A DNA stretch of 62,242 nt from Gammaproteobacteria bacterium. GTDB taxonomy: Bacteria > Pseudomonadota > Gammaproteobacteria > UBA1113. The notes beneath the pieces were generated by a model. It was not told the DNA's origin, searched no databases, and saw nothing but the letters and a program-made list of their open reading frames with translations. Where the stretch lies: assembly GCA_020051015.1 (NCBI GenBank), contig JAGVJQ010000020.1, positions 1 through 62,242 of the forward strand. Reading direction: 5' to 3'. Shown here piece by piece: positions 7,414-18,187 of this stretch. The position numbers and the translations under genes are program-made. The stretch's first letter is position 1; the number at the start of each line of letters is the position of its first letter.

Positions 7414-9750
7414 ATGGATTTATACTGCATGATCATTCAAGTTGCTTTACCCCAGCCTCTACGCAAAACCTTTGACTACTTGCTACCGTCAGCATTAGCG
7501 AGTCAATCGGTTGCGCCTGGGATGCGGGTTAAAGTGCCATGGGGAAAGCAGGAATTAATTGGTGTGATCATGGGTACTTCGTTTCATAGTGACGTGCCAG
7601 CAGCAAAACTACGGCCGATTTTAGCGTTACTCGATGCCGAACCAATTATCCCCCCAGCATTAATTCAATTTTGTCGTTGGGCAGCAGATTACTATCATCA
7701 TCCCATCGGTGAAACCATGGCATTAACTTTGCCACCAATTCTGCGGAAGCAATCAAATAAAACAACCGGTAAGAAAGTTGAAATTTGGCAACTGACCGAA
7801 GCTGGAAAAGAGCTTGATATAACTACCTTAAAACGTGCACGTAAACAACATGAGGCAATGAGGCTTTTTCAAAAATTAGTGGAACCCGACGAGCCCCCTC
7901 TCCCCCAACCTCTCCCCCACACGGGGGGGAGAGGAGCAGATTGTGCTAAAGAACACAATTCTTCCTTTCTCAAAGACAGCACCAAATTAACGATTGATCA
8001 ATTACAAGAACACAACATCAATCGCGATACTTTATTAAAATTACAACAGCAAGGCTGGATAGAGAAAACATTTATCCACCAAATAATATTACCCACTGAT
8101 GGTGAGTCAACACTGGATTCTTTTGCTCATCATGAGCCCTTGCTATTAAATGATGAACAACAACATGCGGTGAATTTGATTCGTGAGAGTTTACAGCGCT
8201 TTGTTCCCTTTGTTTTAGATGGGGTGACGGGTAGCGGTAAAACGGAAGTATATTTACATATTATTCACGATGTCTTGCGTAATGGGAAGCAAGCATTAGT
8301 CTTGGTGCCTGAAATTGGTTTAACGCCACAAACCGTTGCGCGCTTTCAACACCGTTTTCCGAATACTAATATTGCTATTTTTCATTCTAACTTAACTGAC
8401 AATGAACGTTTACAACAATGGCAACAAGCGCAACGCGGCGAAGCAAGAATTATTATTGGTACCCGCTCCGCCTTATTTACGCCGCTGCCTGAATTAGGTG
8501 TCATTATTATCGATGAAGTGCACGATGCTTCATTTAAACAACACGAAGGATTGCGTTATTCGGCGCGGGATCTAGCGTTAAAACGCGGGCAAATGGCACA
8601 AGTACCTGTGATTATGGGTTCTGCTACGCATACTTTAGAAACGCTTTTACAAGTAAAAAAACAGCGATTTATTTCATTGCCATTAACTAAACGGGCGGGT
8701 GATGCTAAGCCACCCACCTTTCAAGTCATTGATATGCGCAAGCAACCTATTCGTGAAGGTTTAGCTCTTGTTACGCAACGTGAAATTGAAAAACATTTAA
8801 TGGCCGGCAATCAAGTTTTATTATTCATTAATCGCCGTGGATTTTCCCCGGTACTATTGTGTCACGACTGTGGCTGGACTGCTGTTTGTAACCGCTGCGA
8901 TGCACGCATGACCTTACATATGGATCCTTATCAATTACATTGTCATCATTGCGACACGGTAACACCTGTCACTCGTGCGTGCCCACAATGCCGTGGTGAA
9001 AATGTATTAACCGTTGGTGTTGGCACCGAGCGAATTGAACGTTATTTACAGCAAGTTTTTCCTCAACATAAAACCATCCGCATTGATCGTGATACTACTC
9101 GGCGTAAAAATTCACTCGAAAATTTACTGGATGAAATTCATGACGGTACTCCACAAATTTTAGTGGGGACCCAAATGTCAGCGAAAGGCCATCATTTTCC
9201 CAATGTGACGTTGGTAGGCATTTTAAATGTGGATCAAGGCCTTTGTAGCGCTGATTTTCGTGCAACCGAACAATTAGCACAATTAGTCACGCAAGTTGCG
9301 GGTCGTGCCGGACGTGCAGAAAAACGCGGACATGTTTTATTACAAACACATTTTCCGGATAATCCATTATTAATTCGTTTATTGCGTGAGGGTTATGGCA
9401 GCTTTGCCGAAGCGGCATTACAAGAACGAGAAATGGCTCATTTACCACCGTACAGCGCGATGGCAATTATCAGAGCTGAGTCGCCCAAGCAAGAAAATAC
9501 CATGGCTTTTTTGGATAATATTCGCGACTTAGCAATCTCTTTACAATTGCCCGATTTTAATATCATGGGCCCGATGCCCGCTATTATGGCCAAACGCGCC
9601 GGTATGTTTCGTGGACTTTTATTATTGCAATCCACACATAAAACACAATTACAACTTGCGTTAAAACAATTGATGCCATTAATTGAATCGCAGAAAAAAA
9701 GTAATAATGTACGTTGGCATGTCGACATCGATCCGATAGATACTTTTTAA
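7414..9750 (+). CDS. priA: primosomal replication protein N' (PriA helicase)
   Basis: IQVALPQPLRKTFDY N-terminus, Walker A GVTGSGKT, DEVH box, Cys-rich zinc region CHDCG...CNRCD...CHHCD...CPQC. The start could instead be the ATG at 7429. Confidence 0.95.
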   Translation: MDLYCMIIQVALPQPLRKTFDYLLPSALASQSVAPGMRVKVPWGKQELIGVIMGTSFHSDVPAAKLRPILALLDAEPIIPPALIQFCRWAADYYHHPIGETMALTLPPILRKQSNKTTGKKVEIWQLTEAGKELDITTLKRARKQHEAMRLFQKLVEPDEPPLPQPLPHTGGRGADCAKEHNSSFLKDSTKLTIDQLQEHNINRDTLLKLQQQGWIEKTFIHQIILPTDGESTLDSFAHHEPLLLNDEQQHAVNLIRESLQRFVPFVLDGVTGSGKTEVYLHIIHDVLRNGKQALVLVPEIGLTPQTVARFQHRFPNTNIAIFHSNLTDNERLQQWQQAQRGEARIIIGTRSALFTPLPELGVIIIDEVHDASFKQHEGLRYSARDLALKRGQMAQVPVIMGSATHTLETLLQVKKQRFISLPLTKRAGDAKPPTFQVIDMRKQPIREGLALVTQREIEKHLMAGNQVLLFINRRGFSPVLLCHDCGWTAVCNRCDARMTLHMDPYQLHCHHCDTVTPVTRACPQCRGENVLTVGVGTERIERYLQQVFPQHKTIRIDRDTTRRKNSLENLLDEIHDGTPQILVGTQMSAKGHHFPNVTLVGILNVDQGLCSADFRATEQLAQLVTQVAGRAGRAEKRGHVLLQTHFPDNPLLIRLLREGYGSFAEAALQEREMAHLPPYSAMAIIRAESPKQENTMAFLDNIRDLAISLQLPDFNIMGPMPAIMAKRAGMFRGLLLLQSTHKTQLQLALKQLMPLIESQKKSNNVRWHVDIDPIDTF
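7894..7936 (+). repeat. CTCTCCCC/GGGGAGAG palindromic element (family C) inserted in frame inside priA
   Basis: CCCCCTCTCCCCCAACCTCTCCCCCACACGGGGGGGAGAGGAG. Perfect 10-bp stem CCTCTCCCCC (7909-7918) / GGGGGAGAGG (7925-7934). Translated as PPLPQPLPHTGGRG. Confidence 0.75.
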
Positions 9751-9861
9751 GGATTTTTACTTGGTTATTTGATATTTGTCATTATTCATGAATATCATTA
9801 ATAAAAACAATCTGATATTATTGCCTAAAAAAATAATCTAAAATATAAAAACGAGGTATCT

Positions 9862-10275
9862 ATGCCAAATAATAACCCATCTTTACCACATGCCCCCGCA
9901 AAGACAATACAAATTTTTGTTCGAGACCCCAATTATCATATAAGAATTATTGAGTGCGTTTATAATACTACCATTAATGATTTATTAAAAAAAATTGCAA
10001 CGAAATTTGAATTATCTGAGCAAAACATACGTCAGAATTTTTGCTTTTTTACAAATGGACGAGTTATTGAACTTACGCCAGAGACGTTAGATAAAACTCT
10101 TGCGGATTATCATATTTCACAAGAAAGCACTATTCGTATGCATTATAGTTTAACCTGTCAAACGTCGGCCACACAAATCTCAACCAACCAAACAGCTTCA
10201 TTTTTTTATCGCGCAACCTCATTGGTAAAAGAGACCGCCGCTTCTTTTTTAAGCCGTTCTTGGTTAAGTCTCTAA
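9862..10275 (+). CDS. ubiquitin-like (beta-grasp) domain protein without C-terminal GG; putative eukaryote-like effector
   Basis: IQIFVR..TINDLLKKIATKFELS..LADYHISQESTIRMHYSL aligns with ubiquitin MQIFVK..TIENVKAKIQDKEGIP..LSDYNIQKESTLHLVLRL. GAGG Shine-Dalgarno upstream. Confidence 0.75.
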   Translation: MPNNNPSLPHAPAKTIQIFVRDPNYHIRIIECVYNTTINDLLKKIATKFELSEQNIRQNFCFFTNGRVIELTPETLDKTLADYHISQESTIRMHYSLTCQTSATQISTNQTASFFYRATSLVKETAASFLSRSWLSL

Positions 10276-10303
10276 TAATTAATCGGCTTTATTTGGTACA
10301 AGC

Positions 10304-11608
10304 TTATTTATTAAAAATAAAATACACTACAAAAATAACCGCTAATATCGCGAGGGTCCAATTAATCTCGCGATATTTACCCGTAAACAATTTGATTAAT
10401 ACATAGCTAATCATGCCCAAACCCAAGCCATCCGCAATAGAAAATGTGCATGGAATCATGAGCGCGGTTACTACGCTGGGTACAAAATCAGATAAATCTT
10501 CGCTATTCAAATGAATGACGTTTTTAATCATTAAAATACCAACAAATAATAACGCTGGTGCAACGGCATATTCAGGAATAGTTGCTGCTAATGGCGATAA
10601 AAACAAGGCTAATAAAAACAAGATCCCGACCGTTATCGCTGTTAAACCAGTACGTCCGCCAGCACGAATACCTGATTCACTCTCAATAAATGGACTAACA
10701 CTTGATGTACCGATACAAGCCCCAACAACGGTTGTCGCACTATCAACAATTAACGCGCGCGAAATTTTATTTTTGCGTTCGGGATCATCAAAAAAGACTT
10801 TTTCCTGTGATAATCCTATCAAAGTACCCGTACTATCAAATAATACAACCAATAAAAATGATAAAATAACTGATAAACCTTGTGTGTTTAATAATGCTTT
10901 TCCATCGAAAGCAAAGAGAGTTGGCATAATGGATGGTGGCATGGAAAAAATTCCATGAAATTGTGCGACCTTAAATATAATACCCAAAAGCGTTACGCCA
11001 ATAATACTTATTATGATACTACCCGATATTTTTAGATGCTCTAGAATAACAATCAAACAAAACCCAACAAAAAATAATAATACTGGCAACGATGCCAAAT
11101 CGCCCAAGGTCATAAATGTATTGGGGCTAGCCACAATCACACCGCTACTTTTTAAAGCTAATAATGCAATAAAAATACCAATTCCAATCGCAATACCAAT
11201 ATTTAAACATTCAGGAATCGATTCCACTAACCAATGCCGAATTGGTGTTAAAACTAACGCAAGGAAAATTAAACCTGAAATAAATACAGCACCTAATGCT
11301 GTTTGCCATGGTAAACCGAGTGCTTGCACCACCACATAAGTAAAATACACATTCAAGGCCATGCCAGGAGCAACAGCAATCGGATAATTAGCAACGATTC
11401 CTGTAAAAATGCTACCAATAGCCGCAACTAAACAAGTGGCAACAAAGACAGCCCCCAAATCCATGCCTGTTAAATGCAAAATTTGAGGGTTGATAAACAT
11501 GATATAAGACATGGTTAAAAAGGTACTAAAACCCGCTAACATTTCAATCTTGATATTGGTTTGATTTTGTTGCAGCTTAAATAATTTATCGATCGTCTTC
11601 AACATCAT
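10304..11608 (-). CDS. NCS2/AzgA-family purine (adenine/guanine/hypoxanthine) permease
   Basis: N-terminal EMLAGFSTFLTMSYIMFINPQIL signature; multi-pass membrane protein of about 430 aa. Confidence 0.9.
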   Translation of the reverse strand: MMLKTIDKLFKLQQNQTNIKIEMLAGFSTFLTMSYIMFINPQILHLTGMDLGAVFVATCLVAAIGSIFTGIVANYPIAVAPGMALNVYFTYVVVQALGLPWQTALGAVFISGLIFLALVLTPIRHWLVESIPECLNIGIAIGIGIFIALLALKSSGVIVASPNTFMTLGDLASLPVLLFFVGFCLIVILEHLKISGSIIISIIGVTLLGIIFKVAQFHGIFSMPPSIMPTLFAFDGKALLNTQGLSVILSFLLVVLFDSTGTLIGLSQEKVFFDDPERKNKISRALIVDSATTVVGACIGTSSVSPFIESESGIRAGGRTGLTAITVGILFLLALFLSPLAATIPEYAVAPALLFVGILMIKNVIHLNSEDLSDFVPSVVTALMIPCTFSIADGLGLGMISYVLIKLFTGKYREINWTLAILAVIFVVYFIFNK

Positions 11609-11802
11609 TGGATATTCCTTGATTAAAGGGAAATGAAGTTTGGGGAAGCATGGATATTGTACTATGGAATAACGCTTGATGGTAAATTTTATATTAGCTA
11701 TTTAGAAACAAATTGAATGTTTTTTAACCGGCATGAGATGTGGTAATTTGCCAATTATAGTTTAATGAATTATCATTATTTTTTTATTCAAAATATCAAA
11801 TT

Positions 11803-12366
11803 ATGAACGCATTTTTAGTTTCAACCGTAACCGTTGCTGGCGCGGAAATTGGGGATAAAACCCAGTTTCTAGCTATTATTTTAGCAAGTCGATATAAAAA
11901 ACCGATTCCAATTATACTTGGAATATTTGTTGCTGCGTTATTGAGTAATTTACTGGCTGGCATCATCGGTCAATGGTTAGGTAGTCAAGTGAAATCATCT
12001 GCTTTGCATATCGTACTTGCTTGTGCTTATTTAATAGCGGCTATTTGGATACTGATTCCAGAAAAGCAAGAAACAGAACACATACCATCATTAAGCCATG
12101 GTGGAATTTTCTTAACTACTCTAGTTACTTTTTTTGTTGCTGAAATGGGTGATAAAACGCAAGTTGTTACTGCTGTATTAGCTGCTAATTATCAAGCATT
12201 AACGTCTGTCGTTCTTGGTGCATCATTAGGCCTGCTATTAGCAAATATCCCTGCCGTTTTTCTTGGTAATAAGGCATCACAATTTATTCCAATTAAATTG
12301 ATGCGCATCATTGCAGCCAGTATTTTTATAGCATTAGCCGTATTTGAATTAAAAATATATTGGTAA
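11803..12366 (+). CDS. UPF0016 (GDT1/TMEM165) family cation (Mn2+/Ca2+) transporter
   Basis: Duplicated E-x-G-D-K-T motifs: AEIGDKTQ and AEMGDKTQ. Confidence 0.85.
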   Translation: MNAFLVSTVTVAGAEIGDKTQFLAIILASRYKKPIPIILGIFVAALLSNLLAGIIGQWLGSQVKSSALHIVLACAYLIAAIWILIPEKQETEHIPSLSHGGIFLTTLVTFFVAEMGDKTQVVTAVLAANYQALTSVVLGASLGLLLANIPAVFLGNKASQFIPIKLMRIIAASIFIALAVFELKIYW

Positions 12367-12369
12367 TTT

Positions 12370-14061
12370 CTAAAGTCTAAACCCAGCTATACTTATACTT
12401 TCCATCATCGGATTATTATCATCATCCAAACCAAAACTTTTAATTTTTCTTTTATCAATATCGCTTAATAAAGCTTCGTATTTTTGTTCGATATTCTTCA
12501 TATCAACTAATGAATCCTGATAATAATTTTTACCTTTTCCGAGTTTAGCTTTTATTTTTTCATTATGGTGAGTTAATTCTTCTTTAATTTCTTTTAGCGC
12601 CTTTTCCCCATCATTTTTAATAAAATCATGGAACTCAGGCATGTCAATTAAAACATCATATAATTCTTTTCTATTTTGACAATTTGTTTCTGCTAACAAT
12701 TTAATTGCGTTTTTAGCCTCACCATCAACCACAACAGTTGCATCGCTCGGAATATGTAACTGAGCTAATTGACGTGAAATGATGTCATTAGTACTAAGAA
12801 TAAATTTTAACATCAGTCTAAATTTGTGATAAATAAATATTGGATTATTGGTTAATTTAGCAAAAACAGCCACTTCCTCTTGCGAAAAGGCATTGGATGT
12901 TAACCCTGTTTTGCCTGGCGCATAAAAACAGCCATTTTTTTTCAACGTAGGTAATGATCTAATGTCATCTGCATCATAATTAAATGCCGTCCGCGGATCT
13001 CGGGTAATTCCATCAACTCCCAAGCGATAACCTTTAACTCGATAAAATAATTTCCAAAATAACATATCAAAGTCAATGCGAGCTGTTAAACCAGCATTTC
13101 CTCGATGCAGATCATCTTCACCAAAAATATAACTACCAACAATAATTTCAGCTAATCGTTTTATTGATTTTTCGTCTTCTAAATCAGCTTCCGTTAATGG
13201 TCTTTGTGCAAATGACTCATAGCCTTTAATGGCATTGGAAACGATACTGGCATATTTACCACTATTATCACAAACAGCATACGAGCGTGAGACACTATCT
13301 GGCGCTAAAAATTTAAAAAACTCGTTAGCAGCAGCTTCTAGAGGAGCCATTAATTCTTTGCTTTTTATGACCAGCTTATTGTAAACAATTTTAGTTAATT
13401 CGACTTCATCCTTGATAACTTTTTTCTTTTGCGCTACCTCAACTTTGTGGGCTGATTTAGTTGGTTCAATCGTTGTTTTTGTAGCGTTATAATGGAAAAA
13501 ACTAGTATATCTTGAGCAATGTCTGTTCTTGGATGGCATACCCGACGGCACCTTGTCAGGCATACTCTTATCTGGATCGGTCACCAATACAAAATCACCA
13601 ACATCCGGATCCGAATATATTTTTTTCCTTGCAACTAACTCAGGCACTCCAGGTTTTTCTTGTCCAGCCACCATGTGGAAACCATAATTATCGTCATCTT
13701 CTTGTTGTTGCATTGTAGTATCGATAGGAGCCTCATTAATCGCCCCTTCATCAAAAGATGATACTGAAGAATCTGATTCTGAATCCGACTCCTCAACACT
13801 TGATACTCGCTCACGGATATTAGATATCTCAACCGGCGGAACCGGGCAATAATCATTGAAAATGGAAGCACCCAAAAGAGTATCATTAGGTGTATCTGTA
13901 TCACCCGGAGTGGGAGTAGATGTATCATTAGTTACAGGGAAAATCGTGGTTAGGGGTAGTGATATTTTATTAATTGGTTTTTCAGCGGCAGGAGATGTTT
14001 GCTCAGCGGGCGAAGCCGCTGACCAGAAAGATGATGTAGCAGTATAAAGTGCTTTGAACAT
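12370..14061 (-). CDS. orphan protein with acidic/Ser-rich N-terminal region and a possible kinase-like catalytic core; putative effector
   Basis: Long ORF. GEDDLHRGNAGL followed 8 aa later by RIDFD resembles the HxDxxxxN ... (I)DF(D/G) catalytic and Mg-binding motifs of the APH/choline-kinase/protein-kinase fold. The functional call is weak. Confidence 0.7.
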   Translation of the reverse strand: MFKALYTATSSFWSAASPAEQTSPAAEKPINKISLPLTTIFPVTNDTSTPTPGDTDTPNDTLLGASIFNDYCPVPPVEISNIRERVSSVEESDSESDSSVSSFDEGAINEAPIDTTMQQQEDDDNYGFHMVAGQEKPGVPELVARKKIYSDPDVGDFVLVTDPDKSMPDKVPSGMPSKNRHCSRYTSFFHYNATKTTIEPTKSAHKVEVAQKKKVIKDEVELTKIVYNKLVIKSKELMAPLEAAANEFFKFLAPDSVSRSYAVCDNSGKYASIVSNAIKGYESFAQRPLTEADLEDEKSIKRLAEIIVGSYIFGEDDLHRGNAGLTARIDFDMLFWKLFYRVKGYRLGVDGITRDPRTAFNYDADDIRSLPTLKKNGCFYAPGKTGLTSNAFSQEEVAVFAKLTNNPIFIYHKFRLMLKFILSTNDIISRQLAQLHIPSDATVVVDGEAKNAIKLLAETNCQNRKELYDVLIDMPEFHDFIKNDGEKALKEIKEELTHHNEKIKAKLGKGKNYYQDSLVDMKNIEQKYEALLSDIDKRKIKSFGLDDDNNPMMESISIAGFRL

Positions 14062-14261
14062 GCTTTAAGGTCTTCACTGTTTATTAGTGTTTTAATATTA
14101 CGCTACTTACCTTAACATTATCTGAATACAGTATATCGTAGTACACGTTTATATGCACTAATTTTAAGCAAGAAAAAACAAGTTATTTCATTAAAATAAT
14201 TAATTAATGTAAGAAAAAGAAAGGTGAGAAGGGAGTAATCAAAACACCCTTCCCATAACTA

Positions 14262-16721
<2,460 letters not shown>

Positions 16722-17014
16722 TCAAATTTTGATGAAAAAGCCCATTAAAATTATGGGGGTTAGCATAATATAAATTTATTTATTATGCGCTAATAATTAA
16801 AAATAAGATATTTTCCAAAAGGAGGCACATTAATATTAAAACCTCTTTCAAAATTTAAAAAAATACATATTAATCAATATGTTAAAAACAAAACTCGTTT
16901 AGTTATGCATCAAGGGTAATATAGACATTTTGAGCAATGTACTATTCATCACGGGCAAGGATAAATTTTACATAACCCAAATGCTGAGCACAGATTAAAT
17001 AAGGATATTTTATA

Positions 17015-17030
17015 TGTTCCACGTGGAACA
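17015..17030. other. parS-type centromere-like site TGTTCCACGTGGAACA (copy 1, intergenic)
   Basis: Perfect 16-bp palindrome. 14/16 match to the parS consensus TGTTTCACGTGAAACA, with both half-sites being the known TGTTCCAC variant. Confidence 0.7.
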
Positions 17031-17055
17031 TTATCATTTCGAACACCCTAGGAAA

Positions 17056-17934
17056 TTAAGCACCAAAACCAGGACCAGCAAACTCATCCTTTGAAGTAAC
17101 AGTTACTACAGCATCCCATTCGCTGGCTTGCTTTAGTCCTATAGGATTAAGACAGAATAGATTATGGTTATATTTCTCTTGTTTAGCCACTAATGCGGAC
17201 TCCACTAACTGTGAAAAGCCATTTAAACTATCTGCTTGCGTATGACGTAAAGCCTTTTCTAGGGCAAGTGCTTCAAAGCCAATTCCATTAGCATCCCATT
17301 GAAATATTGTCATCAGATTATTAACAGGTTCTGGCTTATCTATTGGATTTCCTTTAATACCTTTAATAATCGCAATAATTGTTTCTAGCTGTGCAAACGT
17401 GAGTTGGTTAATAATGAGATTTAAATAGGTCATGCCTTCAACATGTAAGTATTCATGCTGAAAGATACGCCCTTCTATCTCATTAGTTAAATCTTCTTCC
17501 ACCTCAACCACATTATCATTATCATCTAATGTTAAATACTTAACCCCGATAAATTTGTAAAATGGTAATTGTCCCCGCAGGGGGCCGCAAACACTGAAAC
17601 ATTGTTGGTCAACACTTCTTGGCTCACCATATCGCATGGCAATTTCAGGGTTAATTATAATTTTTTCCCTAGGCATCACTATACCTCTAGCTGCTAATTG
17701 TTGCTTATACTCATTCGAAATATGGTTATTGCCTAGGATAAATACCCTATAGGGCTCACTAATCTCTGCACATTGTACTGCAGCCATGCCTGCCGATGTT
17801 GGATATTGCGACGTTGTTTGTTTCAACAAACTAATTTGTTCTTTTATTTTAACCAAGTCAAAGACAGAATCTGGATTAAAGGATTTGCTTTTTTTATATA
17901 GGGTTGGATCATTTAACTGTCTTATAGTAATCAT
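17056..17934 (-). CDS. divergent peptide deformylase-like protein with ~110-aa C-terminal extension
   Basis: PDF motifs are recognisable but altered: GMAAVQ (G-x-AAxQ), QQCFS (EGCLS), QHEYLH (HExxH). Inserted between gyrB and recF. Confidence 0.72.
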   Translation of the reverse strand: MITIRQLNDPTLYKKSKSFNPDSVFDLVKIKEQISLLKQTTSQYPTSAGMAAVQCAEISEPYRVFILGNNHISNEYKQQLAARGIVMPREKIIINPEIAMRYGEPRSVDQQCFSVCGPLRGQLPFYKFIGVKYLTLDDNDNVVEVEEDLTNEIEGRIFQHEYLHVEGMTYLNLIINQLTFAQLETIIAIIKGIKGNPIDKPEPVNNLMTIFQWDANGIGFEALALEKALRHTQADSLNGFSQLVESALVAKQEKYNHNLFCLNPIGLKQASEWDAVVTVTSKDEFAGPGFGA

Positions 17935-18169
17935 TATAAATCCCTCGTATTTTATAGAGCGTCAAGCCTCGTAGTAACAAATTGAGAATAAGAGCAACCC
18001 AATCTAACTGAGCCGATCAATTTAGCAATAGTATCGTAGTCCGGGTTAATACGTTTAGAATATTGTATTAAGCAAAAATTATTACTATGCATAGATATTG
18101 AATAATGTTAGTTAACGTGCGTAACCCGAGGATCTTTATTTTTCGAACCAAAACGACAAGATCAAGTAA

Positions 18170-18185
18170 TGTTCCACGTGGAACA
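18170..18185. other. parS-type site TGTTCCACGTGGAACA (copy 2, just 3' of recF stop)
   Basis: Exact repeat of the 16-bp palindrome. Confidence 0.7.
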
Positions 18186-18187
18186 TC

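Noticed and set aside
9862-10275. The ubiquitin-like gene as part of a bacterial ubiquitin-like conjugation or defence operon (Bil or type II CBASS-like), or of ThiS/MoaD sulfur transfer
   Set aside because: No E1/ThiF, E2, JAB/DUB, MoaE or ThiG gene is adjacent, and the protein lacks a C-terminal GG. It is treated as a stand-alone eukaryote-like protein instead.
10515-11339. Antisense ORFs 10515-10958 and 11013-11339, with similar cases at 30451-31242, 32619-32996, 33183-33410, 15244-15792, 59160-60483 and elsewhere
   Set aside because: They are opposite-strand shadows of well-supported long genes (purine permease, MFS transporters, gyrB, parC). Their Pro/Ile/Asn-rich nonsense composition is typical of antisense frames in AT-rich membrane-protein genes.
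11609-11802. Purine riboswitch (for the minus-strand permease) or yybP-ykoY Mn2+ riboswitch (for the UPF0016 gene) in the divergent intergenic region
   Set aside because: GGGGAAGCA is superficially like the GGGGAGTAG core, but the remaining conserved segments are absent. No purine-riboswitch junction motifs (for example CCGTAAA) occur on the minus strand.
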